Origin: Bugula neritina
Taxonomy: Eukaryota > Animalia > Bryozoa
Direction of reading: 5' to 3'
DNA length: 64,000 bases
Assembly: GCA_964035545.1 (NCBI GenBank)
Contig: OZ037772.1
Coordinates: forward strand, 9,479,150 to 9,543,149
Of the stretch, positions 11,830-25,400 are shown piece after piece (position 1 is the first letter of the stretch; the number at the start of each line of letters is the position of its first letter). The translations under genes and the position numbers were made by a program. The notes beneath the pieces were generated by a model. It did no database searches, was not told the DNA's origin, and saw nothing but the letters and a program-made list of their open reading frames with translations.

Positions 11830-13281
11830 TTAGTAAGGTTTATATCTAAGGTTACAACGTTTAGTATGGATATCATAATGGGTCTTATTTAGTGTTCTGT
11901 AGTCACATATGCGGCAGACATGTACATTTTCATAAGAGTGAGTAGCCATGTGTGTTTTGATGAATTTTACAATTGGTGTCTCGAATCTACACTGAGGGCA
12001 TTTAAATTTGAAGGTTGTACGATCTGTAAACACAAAATAAAAAGAAAATTGAAATAGTTGATCTAGAAATTGCAAAATCATAATTCATTGTTTGAAAGCT
12101 GCTTGAAATAATTTGAATTTGCCCACCCACCTACCTATCCCACCTACCTATCCCACCCACCTATCCCACCTACCTATATCCCACCTACCTATCCCACCCC
12201 CCCCCACACACACACACACACACACAAAGATATGCACGCAGATCCACACTTTTGCTTCACCAACCACACACAAAATACAAACACTCAAACTTATGCTATA
12301 GATATGATGAATCAGAGAGAAGTCTTTGTAAGTACAAAAATAGGCTTTAATAATCATACTATTTTAACTGTAATTTATTAGTCAAGAACAAATTATTAAC
12401 TGACCATAATATTGAGTAAAACCAGTGTATCTGATGGGTTCAGACCCTGAAGATGATGGAGTAGAACAAGTCGCATCTGCTTGTTCATTGGAAGTTTGAT
12501 CCTGCCTAGTAGAAGATGAGGTCATCGAATGAGTCGGTTCTGATGTAGAAAATCCAGGCAGAGTAGAGTGGCTTTGATTTACTGTAGAACTAGTTTTAAC
12601 GTTAGAAAACCAGACATTTTCTGCCTCTGTGATTCCTTGTATATTTCCTAAATAGATATTTTGACCATGAGTTAGTAAATTGTATGTCTGAAGATGTAGT
12701 AAGGGATGACTTTCATCTATAAATGGCAAATTCAATTGAAATGTTGGAAATTAAAAGTTTTCAGTCAACTGGTGTGTTTGCGGACTTAGTGGTTGCTCAA
12801 TTGGGCCAGATACTGGTGAAGCTCCGAGTATACGAGTATGCCATAATCACAGTGTCTTTAAATAACCCTGATTCAACTTTAATTTGATGTCATAAATAAA
12901 TATTTTGAACATTCATATTATAGATTTTTGTTTTTTTTTGTAAAACAATGATTTCAAAAATTTTAACTTTTTCAAATTTTAGCATTTTAGCTTGCTATAT
13001 ACATACTTCAAAACTAAAGTTCCTTATTTTAAATTAAGGACTAAATTCAAAATATATTTTAAACTCCATTTTGCAACAGTTTGAAGAGCTGATAAATTTA
13101 TCAAAACTGACTCCTCAATCAAGGATTGTAAACTATAGGCCTAAAATAAATGACAGTGTAAATTTAGAATTACTAACCAGCATCAGTTATCAGACTTTCT
13201 TGGTCAATGTTCAGTTCAACATTTCTAATTTCATCATCAGAATTATACTCTTGTCTTGCGCATCCTTTATCTAAAATGTAA

Positions 13282-13313
<32 letters not shown>

Positions 13314-13640
13314 CATATCATAAGCATGACAACACGTTGCGAAATTCAATGTAAATACTGGCTATAATTTACAAGTAGGAATGAACAAATGTCTAAGAAT
13401 ATATTTTGGCTTTCTTTTTTAAAATGATAGATTTTGTTTACAATTATACCTGTACATTTTAAAAGCAATATGATCAATTTAAATATCATAACCTGGTAAT
13501 TGCTACAAGAAAATCAACCTTTACCATTGTACACCATTACAACTAAACTGTATCAATTACTACAGGAAAACATGTACTGTTTTATTATAAGAATTTACTA
13601 GAATAAAGTCACTCTACTTACTTGACATATCATCTGCCAT
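11830..13640 (-). pseudogene. Zinc-finger paralogue 4: probable pseudogene, or short exon-skipped form
   Basis: Exons 13622-13640, 13178-13270 and ZF exon 11830-12023 are intact. The long exon (12405-~12828) has lost its acceptor and 5' half by deletion and has an in-frame TAA at 12751-12753. Confidence 0.6.
13283..13312. repeat. (GATT)n microsatellite
   Basis: Seen directly, next to the exon 2 acceptor of paralogue 4. Confidence 0.9.
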
Positions 13641-15032
13641 CTTAAGTACAACTCAACACTAAAAGTGAAATGTAACTGTATAGTCTTGCTATAAAACGGT
13701 CTTGTCTGCACTTTCCATACGAGGTTGTGAATCTTTTTTGTCTTTTATATACTATTTCAAGATGCAGTGAATATTTGCCAGACAGCAAGAAAGCTATTGT
13801 AAAAGCCCTCCATCTAGCCAGCTTTTATCAAACCAATTTATTCATACATGTGCTAAACCAAAAGGTAATTTTAACTGAATAGCGAAAAATATCATCATAT
13901 TTTACTAAAACTAAGTGACGATCTTATAGTGTTTAATATATTATATATGCACAGAATTTGAGATTCTAATTGGTTTACAGCAAATCTCAATAAAAAAGTA
14001 TTCACAACTTTAAAACAGGCATATAATTAGCTTTTAATGCAGAAACTGTGCTACTAAAAATGGTATTTATAGATAATGAAATCACATGTGGTTTGGAATG
14101 TCGAAGCCCCTGTAGCTTATTAAACTAAACGAATGGAATACATTGAATGTTTTCTGGATGGCAAATAAAACATGTTTAGAATATAAGCAGAGAATTTGCT
14201 GTCTGCAGTCAGTAAAGATGATGAAATAGAGTGAATCTCATCTCTCTGTTGATTGGATGCTAGATTTTGTTGACTGCCAAACCAAAATGAGTTGGTTGTT
14301 TGAAGAGTCTAGGCAGAGTAGAGTGACTCTGATTTACTCTAGAAATGCTTATATATAGTTTATTTACACAATTAATGCATGAAATGAAAATATTTCTAAT
14401 GGTTATTAAAAATCACTTTTGTATCAGGGGTTCTCATATGGATAGTGGCTATAAAGCAAAGTGAATATTGGACTATATTTATTCCAATCATGTTTCAGAG
14501 ACTTACCACAATTGTGTGTTCGTGAAAATAATAACAAAACACATACTTTGATACAATGTTTTCTTATTTATTGATATTGTATTAGGATAAAGATTTTAAC
14601 TAAGATTGCAACTTAAAAAAAATCTTGGACATTTTTATATAAATTGTATTAAATGATTATTTGCTGTTTCATGACAATTTAAACATGTTTAAAAACACAA
14701 GTTCCCTTAAAGATTTCACACTAAAGAGAAAATATTGTCAATAATCAGAAGGCTATGGACTCTATATTGGACATATTAAAACATCATTTTCAGACAACTA
14801 AAAGCGTTATAGGAACTTATAAAATAAAAGTAAAAACATGAATAAAGATTATAAGCTCAACACCACAGTAGAATTTTGAACCGATTCTATGCAACCTGAA
14901 ATGTACAACTACAACATCTTCAATTACTCATTGTATGTATGATTAGAGGAGATTAACTGAGTTTATTTGGTTCTTCTGACAGAATTTAAGATGTTTGTTC
15001 AGATATAAAGATTCCTCACTACAGTAGGTACA

Positions 15033-17295
15033 TTAGTAAGGTTTATATCTATCGCTACAACGTTTAATATGGATATCATAATCGAACTTCTTTTTTGTCC
15101 TGTAGTCACATATGCTGCAGACATGTACATTTTCATAAGAGTGAGTAGCTATGTGTGTCTTGATGAATTTTACATTTGGTGTTTCAAATCTACACTGAGG
15201 GCATTTAAATTTGAAGGTTGTACGATCTGTATAAACACAAAATAAAAAGAAAATTGAAACAGTTGATGTAGAAATTGCAAAATCATAATTCATTGTTTGA
15301 AAGCAGTTTAAGATAATTCAAATTTACCCACCCACCCACCCACCCACACTTCTCCCCACATGCACACGCACACACACACACAAAGATATGCACACAATAA
15401 CTTCCAAAATTAGGCCGTAGCTGTATGTTTTTTTTTTGGATCAAACATAGAGTCTATAAGATCAGTAAAAATTTCTCATTCGCTGGCTTTCTTTTCAATC
15501 TTTTCAGTTTAGTTAGACCCACCCACCCACCCACCCACCTGCTCACCCACCCTTACTCTCACCTGCAAACGCACACACACAAAGATATGCACACAGATCC
15601 ACAAATTCGATTAACCAAACACACACAAAATACAAACACTCCAACTTATTCTGGAGATATAGTGAATCAGAGAAAAGTTTTTGTAAGTATAAAAATATGC
15701 TTTAATAATCATACTATTTCAACTGTAATTTATTAGTCAAGAACAAATCAATAACTGACCATAATGTTGAGTGAAGCCAGAGTATCTGATGGCTTCAGAT
15801 CGAGAAGATGATGGAGTAGAATGAGTCACATCTGCTTGTCCATTGGAAGTTTGATCCTGCCTAGTAGAAGATGAGGTCATCAAATGAGTCGGTTCTGTAG
15901 AGAATCCAGGCATAGTAGAGTGGCTTTGATATACTGTAGAAGTAGTTTTAATGTCAGAGAACCGGATATTTTCTGCCTCTGTGTTTCCTTGTATATTTCC
16001 TAAATAGATATCTTGGCCATGACTTAGTAAATTGTATGTCTGCAGATGTGGTAAGGAATGACTTTCATCTATCAATGGCAAATTTGATTGATATGATGGA
16101 AATTGAAAGTTTTCATTCAACTCGCACGTTTGTGGATTTAGTGGCTGCTCATTTTGGTCAGATACTGGCGATGCTCTGGGAACTTCCTCTAAAGAGGTTT
16201 CAATCAATTTGCCTCCATGCGTTGCTGAATCGCTAGTAATGTTAACACCTTGCATACCTCGAGTTCTGGCGCTGGTCTGTGATTCTGATGACTGCATGTT
16301 CTGTTCATAGTTTGGTGAATGTAATTTGGGTGAAATAAAACGACTCTGCTCAGACACCTCGGCATCAATGTCTTCATCAAGAATATCTTCTATGCTCTCT
16401 AGTTCTGTACTTGTTGGATGAATTGTTGCCTGGATCCCTTCAAAACCTGATGGTAGATGCAGGGTATCTGTAGCCATTGACATATCTGTTGGGAGTTGTG
16501 TGCTTTCTGAGCTCTCTTCATGTTGCTCCTCTATAGTTAGCACCGGTTCTACAACTTGCACAACTGAATTTAATGTGTCTTGAAAACTTATAGTTTGTGT
16601 AATACAACATGTGCACATACTTTTTACAATTATTACAAAGTTTCAACTTTAATTTAATAACATTAATACAGCCGTTAACATATTTATTTTTCCTTTTAAG
16701 AAAATATTTAAAAGCTTCAAACTTGTTTGAGTTTAGATTTTTAATAGCCTGCTGCAAACTATAAAAGACGTTTGCTAACTCCTTATTTGAAGTTAATAAC
16801 CAAATTTAAGATATTTTCGAATTTTATTTTGCAACAATTTAAAAAGTTGAGAGACTTATCAAAACTGACTAGTCAATAAAGGATTTTAAACTATAAAATG
16901 AATGACAGTGTAAATTTAGCATTACTAACCAGCATCAGTTATCACACTTTCTTGGTCAATGTAAGGTTCAACATTTCTAAGTCCATCATTAGAATCATGT
17001 TCCTGTCTTTCACACCCTTCATCTGAAATGTAAACTGTGTTTTGTAAGAATATTGTTTGTTTCGTAGGTTTTATACTAACACCTATCTTTGAAGTGCTAA
17101 AACTAAGCTATAACCAATTCAAACTCTAAAACCTGATATAGATGTTAGGGAGAAACTTCAACTTGGGCCAATGTATATCACTAAAATTGAAATTAATTAT
17201 TAATCATTACAGCAATATAATAATGGTACCATAGTTTTACAAAACTTTACTAAAATAAATTCATTCTACTTACTTGACATATTAATATCTGCCAT
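15033..17295 (-). CDS. Zinc-finger gene paralogue 5
   Basis: Predicted exons 17274-17295 (MADINMS), 16930-17022, 15760-16548, 15033-15226; ends SDRYKPY*. Confidence 0.8.
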
Positions 17296-17747
17296 CTCAA
17301 GTACAACTCAACACTGAAGGTAAAATGTAACTGCGAAGGCTTGCTGTAGCACAGCTTTGTCTGCACTTTGAATACAATATTTTAGATCCTCCTTTACGGC
17401 CTTTATATATAGCCTATTTAATATGTAATTATATACATTTTTGCCAAACAGCAAAAAAGCTATTTTAAGCCCATTGCATTATAACCAGCTTTTATTAAAC
17501 CATTTCATTCATACATGTGTAAAACTATAAGTGTTTTTAACTGAATAAATAAAAAATTTATGATATTTTACTAAAGTCAATAAGTAATGATCCTAGTGTT
17601 TAGTATATTATATAGCCTATGTAAAGAAATTGAGACTCTACTTTGTTAACAGCAATTCGCAATAAAAACTCTTCATAACTATAAAGGGGGCATATTAACT
17701 TTTTATGCAGAAACCATGCTTCTGAAAGTATTATTAAACAATGAAAC

Positions 17748-17910
17748 TGTAGCCTAATTGTTTAGCTAGCCTGCTAATTGCAAGCCGGAGGTCTGTGGTT
17801 TGAATTTTGGTGGGGGCAATTATTTTACAAAAACTTTAGCAAGCAGTTGCTTAACACTCACAGTTATGATTTACATTTTAGATGCTCAGCGCCTGACCTA
17901 AAATCAATAA
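17748..17910 (+). mobile_element. tRNA-derived SINE, family 2 (degenerate)
   Basis: Homologous to 6718-6880 at the equivalent position of the duplicated spacer. Confidence 0.5.
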
Positions 17911-18099
17911 GTAAAGCCACTTCTACAGAAATTTAAAATATATAAAACTGTTAGATATATTTAAATTATTTTAAATTATTTTATTTTATTATACAAATTT
18001 AAACTCCAGTATATATAAACTGAACACACTGGAATACATTAATGTTTTCTAGTTGGCAAATATTAAAACTATAAGGTTTACAGAGTCCTAGAGTGTAAG

Positions 18100-18390
18100 C
18101 AAAGACATTGCTGGCTCCAGACAGTGAAGATGGTGAAATAGAGTGAATATTATGTGTCTGTTGATTGGATGTTAGACTCTGCTGAATAGAAGATGGAGTC
18201 TGTAAATGAGTTGGTTGTGTGAAGAGTCTAGGCACAGTAGAATAACTCCGATTTTGTCCAAAAGTATTCTGTCTGTTGACGACTTAAAGGGTTTCAGATC
18301 CTCTGTTAGTTGGCTTGTTGATTGAGTGTACTGACCACCAAATTGTAACTGCGTCATTAGAAGCTCTGTTTTGGAAATACTCTCCACAAT
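18100..18390 (-). pseudogene. Frameshifted relic of a paralogue-2-type long exon
   Basis: ORFs 18172-18387 (ESISKTELLMTQL) and 17999-18235 (PRLFTQPTHLQ...LTSNQQ..IHS..PSSLSGA) match IQSISKTALPTTQL and LPKIFKQPTRLQ...LTSNQR..IHS of paralogue 2 in two different frames. Confidence 0.65.
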
Positions 18391-19014
18391 TCATGTTTAG
18401 AAGTAAAATATGTTTTAATGATTATAGTCCTCTAAAACCACTTTTATATATCAGGTGTTCTCACATGGATATAGTAGCTAGACCCAAAGGTGTATTGGAT
18501 GAGTTTATCCTGATTATGTTACAAGGAGTGCGTTTGTGAAAATAATTACAAAACATATTATACTTTGATACAGTGTTTTCTTATTTAACTAATATTGCAA
18601 ATTAAAAAAACAAGTATTTAGCATGTACTGAATGACCATTTATTGTTTCCTGGCAATTCAGAGTTTCTAAAAGCACAAAATTTCAAAGAATTTCAGACTA
18701 AAGAAAATGCAAAAGATAAAATTTTAAGAATTGTAAGACTATGAATTCTATATTGAACATGTTAAAACATTGTTTTCAAAATACAAGAAGCTGTAGGAAA
18801 TTTTAAAATAAAAACACGAATAAAAGTTATAAGCTCAACACCACTGCAGAATTTTGTGTCGAATTCATGCAACTAGAAATGCACAATAACAATATCGTCA
18901 ATTACTCAAGGTATGTATATGACTAGCGGAGACTAACTGAGTAATCATTTGCTTCTTCTAACAGAATTTAAGATGCTTGTTCAGATAGAAAAATTACTCA
19001 CTACAGTAGTTACA

Positions 19015-21136
19015 TTAGTAAGGTTTATATCTAACTTTACAACTTTTAACGTGGCGCTCAAAATCGCACTTTCTTATAATTGTTCTGTAGTCACATTTAC
19101 TGCAGACATATACATTTTTATCAGAGTGAGAAGCTATGTGTGTCTTGATGAAAATTAAGTTTGGTGTCTCAAATCTACACTGAGGGCATTTAAGTTTGAG
19201 GGTTTTGTTATCTGTAAACACAAAATAAAAATAAAATTGAAACATTTGATATAGAAATTGCAAAATCATAGTTTATTGTTTGTAAGCTGTTTAGGGTATT
19301 TTAAGTTTACCCACACACCACACATGGCGCAAACAGAAACACACACACAGAAACACACACACAGAAACACACACAGACACACACAAACACACACACAAAC
19401 ACACACACACAGACGCACAAATCTAGAGAGATCTACACGGATCCACACAGATACAAACGGATCCACATGGATCCACACAAATTCACACTTTAACACTTAA
19501 CCAAATATGCACATAGTAAAAACACTCAAACTTACACAAAAGATATGGTGAATTACAGAAAAAAATTTACAAATATAAAAGTACATTTTAATAATTATAT
19601 TATTTCAACTGGAATTTATTGGTAAAGAAAAAATTGATACCTTACCATTATGTCGAGTAAAAGCAGAAGAATTAGTGGCTTCAGATCGTGAAGATGATGG
19701 AGTAGAACAAGTCGCATCTGCTTGTCCATTGAAAGTTTGATCCTGCCGAGTAGAAGATGAGGTCTGTGAATTAGTTGGTTCTGTAGAGAATTCAGGTATA
19801 GTAGAGTGGCTTTGATTTGCTGTAGAAGTATCACTGCCACAAAACTGGACATTCAGCTCTTGTGTCTGTAAATTAGGTTGCTGCTCAATTGGGCCAGATA
19901 CTGGTGAAGCTCCGAAAACTTTCTTTAAAGAGGTTTCAGTCGATAGGCCTCCATGTGTTGTAGTATCGTTGGCAATGTAAACACTTTGCATATCTGCAAT
20001 TCTCGCGCTGGTCTGTAGATCTGATGATTGATTACTCTGTTTATAGTTTTGTGAATGTAACTCGGGTAAAATAAAACGACTTAATTCAGACACTTCGGCA
20101 TCAATGTCTTTATCAAGAAGATCTTCTATGCCCTCGAGTTCTGTACTTGTTGGATGAATTGTTGCCTGGATCTCTTCAACACCTGATGGTAGATGCAGAG
20201 TATCTGGTGCCATTGACGTATCTGTTGGGAGTTGTGTGGTTCCTGAACTCTCTGCATATTGCTCCTCTAGAGTTAGCTCTGGTTCTACAACTTCTACAAA
20301 AGCATTTAATGTGTCGCTAACTCATATATAGTGTAATATAATGTGCATTGCCGTTCCTTATAAATTTATCACAGTGCTTTTAAAGAACCCTGATTCAACT
20401 TTAATTTGATGTCATCAATACAGATTTTAAACATTCGCATTATATATTTTTGTTTTTTTTTTTGTAAAACAATGATTTTAAAAGTTTTAACTTTTTCAAA
20501 TTTTAACATTTTAGCTCAAAAAAAAACTTCAATAGGTGTCTTTTTTCAACTAAATCTTTATTCTGAATTAAGGGCTAAATTTAAATATATTTTGAATTCC
20601 ATTTTGCAACAGTTTGAAGAGCTGATAAATTTATTAAAACTGACTCCTCAATCAAGGATTGTGAACTATAAACTAAATGACTGTGTAAATTTAGCATTAA
20701 ACTAACCAGCATCAGCTATCAGACTTTCTTGGTCAGTGTTCAGTTCAACATTTCTTATTTCATCATCAGAATCATATTCTTGTCTTGCGCATTTTTGATC
20801 TAAAATGTAAACTAATTGATTGATTTATTGAATATCACAAACATGGCAACATGTTGCAAAATTCAATGTAAATACTAGCTACAATTTACAAATAGAAATG
20901 AACAAATGTCTAAGAATTTTTTTTGGCTTTCTTTTTTAGAATGTTAGATTTTGTTTACAATTATACATGTACCTTTTAAAAGCAATATAATCAATTTGCT
21001 ATAATAAAATCAACCTTTACGATTGTACACCATTAGAACTAAACTGTATCAATTCCTACTGCAAAACATGTGCTACTTTATTATAAAAATTTACTAGAAT
21101 AAAGTCACTCTACTTACTTGACATATCATCTGCCAT
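19015..21136 (-). CDS. Zinc-finger gene paralogue 6
   Basis: Predicted exons 21118-21136, 20707-20799, 19646-20293 (alternative acceptor 9 nt downstream at 20284), 19015-19211; ends KVRYKPY*. Confidence 0.8.
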
Positions 21137-22454
21137 CTTAATTACAACTCAACACTAAAAGTGAAATGTAACCGTATAGTCTTCCTGTAACACAGTTTTG
21201 TCTGCACTTTCCATATAAGATTGTAAATCTTCTTTGTCTTTTATATACTATTTCAAGATGCAGTGAATATCTGCCAGACAGCAAGAAAGCTACTGTAAAA
21301 GCCATCCATCTAGCCAGCTTTTATCAAACCAATATATTCATACAAGTGCTAAACCAAAAGTTAATTTCAACTAAATAGCTAAAGCTTTCATCATATTTTA
21401 CTAAAACTAATATATGATCTATGTGCATATTATATATGCACAGAATTTGAGATTCTAATTTGTTTACAGCAATTCTCAATAAACAACTCTTCACAACTTT
21501 AAAACAGACATGTTAGCCTTTATGCAGAAACTGTGCTTCTAATAATAGTATTAGATAATGAAAATGTTGTTTGGAATCCCGAAGCCCCTGTAGCCTAATG
21601 AACTGAACAAATTGGAATACATTAAAAGTTTTCTGGATGACAAATATAACATGTTTAGAATATAAGCAGAGATATTGCTGGCTGCAGACAGTGAATATGA
21701 TGAAATGGAGTTATGTGAATAGTCTAGGCAGTTTATAGTGACGCTGATGTACTCTAAAGTGGCTTATATATACTTTATTTACACAATTCATATTTATGGG
21801 AGTAAAATATTTCTAATGGTTATTATAGCCCTGTAAAAAGCACCTGTATACCAATTGTTCTCACATGGATGCTGACTAAACTCAAGGGAGTATTAGACGT
21901 GATTATCCTAGTAATGTTTTAGAGACTTACCATAAATGTGTTCTGAGAATAATTACTGAACATACATTTTGATACTGTGATTTTTAATTATTGACATTGT
22001 AGTAAGAAAAAATTTAAAATTATACTGTAACTTGTTAAAAGCAAGTATTTGCATTTAACTTGTATAATACACTGAATGATCATTTATTGCTTCCTGGCAA
22101 ATTAGACTGTTTAAAAACAAAAGATTTCTTAAAAATTGCACACCAAAGAGAAAATATTTTCAGTAATCACCAGACTATGAACTCTATATTGGACATGTTA
22201 AAACATCATGTCAGACAATTAAAAGCGTTAGGAACTTATAAAATAAAAGTAAAAACATGAATAAAAATTATAAGCGCAACACCACTGTAGAATGTTGTGT
22301 CAAGTCTATGCAACCTGAAATGTACAACTACAACATCTTCAATTACTCAACGTATATGTATGATTAGCAGAGATTAGCTGAGTTCATTTGCTTTTTCTGA
22401 AGGAATTTTTAGATGCTTGTTCAGATATAAATATTCTTCACTACAGTAAATACA

Positions 22455-25400
22455 TTAGTAAGGTTTATATCTAGCGTTACAACTTTTAGCATGACGCTCG
22501 AAATCACACTTCCTTCTTGTTCTGTATTCACATTTACTGCAGACATGTACATTTTCATAAGAGTGAGTAGCTATATGTGTCTTGAGGTCACGTTTATTTG
22601 GTGTTTCAAATCCACACTGAAGGCATTTCAACTTGTAGGTTGTATCATCTGTAATAAAATAAAAAGAAAATTGAAACAGTTGATCTAGAAATTGCAAAAT
22701 TATAATTCAGTGTAAGCTGTTTATGATAATTTAAATTTACCTACCCACCTACCCGCCCACCTACCTACCCACCCACTCACCCACTTACCCACACACACAC
22801 ACAAACACGCACACGCACACGCGCGCACACACACACACACACACGCACACGCACACGCACACACACACACACACACGCACACACGCGCACACGCACACAC
22901 GCACACACGCGCACACGCACACACGCACACATGCACACATGCACACACAAAGATATGCACGCAGATCCACACTTTTGCTTCACCAAACACACACAAAGCA
23001 TAAACATTCAAACTTATGCTGAAGATATGGTGAATCGGGGAAGTTTTTTGTAAGTAGAAAAGTTGGTTATAATAATTATGCTTCTTCAATTGTAATTTAT
23101 TAGTTAAGAATAAATTGATGACTTACCATTAAGTATAGTAAAAGCAGAAGAATCGATGGCTTCAGACCCTGAAGATGATGGAGTAGAACAAGTCGCATCT
23201 GCTTGTTCATTAGATGTTTGATCCTGCCTAGTAGAAGATGAGGTCTGTGAATAAGTCGGTTCTGTAAAAAATCCAGGCATAGTAGAGTGGCTTTGATTTA
23301 CTGTAGAAGTGTATTCATTGCCATAAAACTGGAAATTATCTGTTTGTCTGTCTGTCCGGGAGTTTGGTGGATGAATATTCTGGGTATAAGTTGGTAGATT
23401 GAATGTCTGTAGACTTTGAAAGGAATAGTTCTGGTGCATGTTTGGTAAATTCAATTGAAATGGTACCATAAATATATCAGGTGAAAACAAATTACTAAAG
23501 TTTCTTGAAAAGGCATTGTTCCTTACAACAGATTGAAAGTTTTCATTTAATGAAAGTGTAGAAGAAGGAATCTGTGGATGAGTTAGTTGTGTTGAGATTT
23601 CAGGCAGAGTAGAAGGACCCTGATTTACAGCAGAAGTATTTTCCCTGTGAGTAAGTCGAACATATTCTGCTTCTGTGCTTCCTTGTAAGTTTGCTAAATG
23701 GGTATTTTGGTCATGAGTTGGTAAATTGTATGTCTGTAGATATGGTAGAGGGTAGCTTTGGTCTATAACAGATGAAATCACTTGATATGACGGAAATTGA
23801 AAGTTCTCATTCAGCTCTTGTGTTTGTGGATTTAGTTGCTGCTCAATTGGATCAGATACTGGTGAAGCTCCGAGAACTTCCTCAAAAGAAGTTTCAGTCA
23901 ATTGGCCTCCATATGTTGCTGAATCACTAGCAATTTCAACACTTTGCACATCTCGGGTTCCTGCGCTGGTTTGTGAATCTGATGATTGAAGACCCTGTTC
24001 ATAGTTTGGTGAATGTAATTCAGGCCAAATAAGACGACTCAATTCAGACACTTCGGCATCAATGTCTTCATCAAGAAGATCTTCTATGCTCTCTAGTTCT
24101 GTACCTGTTGGATAAATTGTTGCCTGGATCTCTTCAAAGCCTGATGGTAGATGCAGAGTATCTGGTGCCATTGACGTATCTGTTGGGAGTTGTGTTGTTC
24201 CTGAACTCTCTGCATATTGCTCTTCTAAAGTTAGCCCTGATTCTACAACTTCTACAAAAACATTTATTGTGTCTCTAACTCATATGGTTTGTGTAATACA
24301 ATTTGCATGCACTTCTCCTTTTGGAATCATCACAAAGTTTTTACAAAGCAAGCTTTTTGAGCTGTAATTTGATGTCACCAATACATATTTTAACAACATG
24401 TGTATTTCCTCTTTTAAAAAAATATTTTATTCCTTTAATTTTCTTTAGATTTTAAAATTTTAACTTGCTACAAACTTCAAACTGTGTTGTTTTCAAACTA
24501 ATTATTCTCAATTATGACCAATTTTAAAAAAGAATCTAAACTTTATCTTGCAACAATTTGAGAAGCTGAGTACTCACAAAAACTGACTATCCAATTAGGT
24601 ATTGTAAACTATAAAATAAGTGAAAGTGTACTCAGTATCACCAAGAGAGCAGCTGTGGTCTAGGGGTTAAAAAGTTTGCTTTGTGAACAAGAAGTAGTGG
24701 GTTCAAACCTTGACAAAGGTCATTGGTGATGTTAGGAAGAACATCAAATCACAATTGCTCCTATGCCTCACTTAAAAAAGTCCTTAGCCTGCTTTCACAA
24801 AAGGGGTTTCTCATAAGGATAGCGGCTATAAACCTGGCTATAAACCTGCGTAAAAATTTTCATTTGGTATTACTAACCAGCATCATTTATCAAACTTCCT
24901 GTGTCGGTGATTAGCTCAACATTTCCGAGATCTTCGTTAGAATGATATTCATCCGTTGTCCATTCTTGATCTGAAATGTAAACTATTCCATGGTAACCGC
25001 TTAGATGCTTTTATAAGAACATTATGTACATTCTATATACTGACCAGGATTGGGTTAATTGTAATTGGTTGTATTTAATTACATTTTTTTCAAGCAATTT
25101 TATGCAATTCGTAATTCATGCACAAAAACGTAATTGTGATTAAAATTACATATCTAATGTAATTGATTTTCACAATTACTTTATAATTACATTTCAATTA
25201 CTTCAAACTTTGAAATCTTGAAAATATCATACTTGTTCTACCATGTCTACTGTTAAATAACAAGTACAGTTTAAGTTGATGTATTATTGTATCACTGTTG
25301 AGAACAAAGGAGTTCTCCATTGTTAAAATCGCCCTAATGGTTAAACCCTAGATGTGAGATTGCATAACTTCTATTTATCTATTGTGAGAAAAAGCAATTG

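Noticed and set aside
22721-23089. ORFs rich in C/V/A/R (also 12113-12357, 19258-19500, 44568-44924, 52064-52484)
   Set aside because: Translations of microsatellites or minisatellites.
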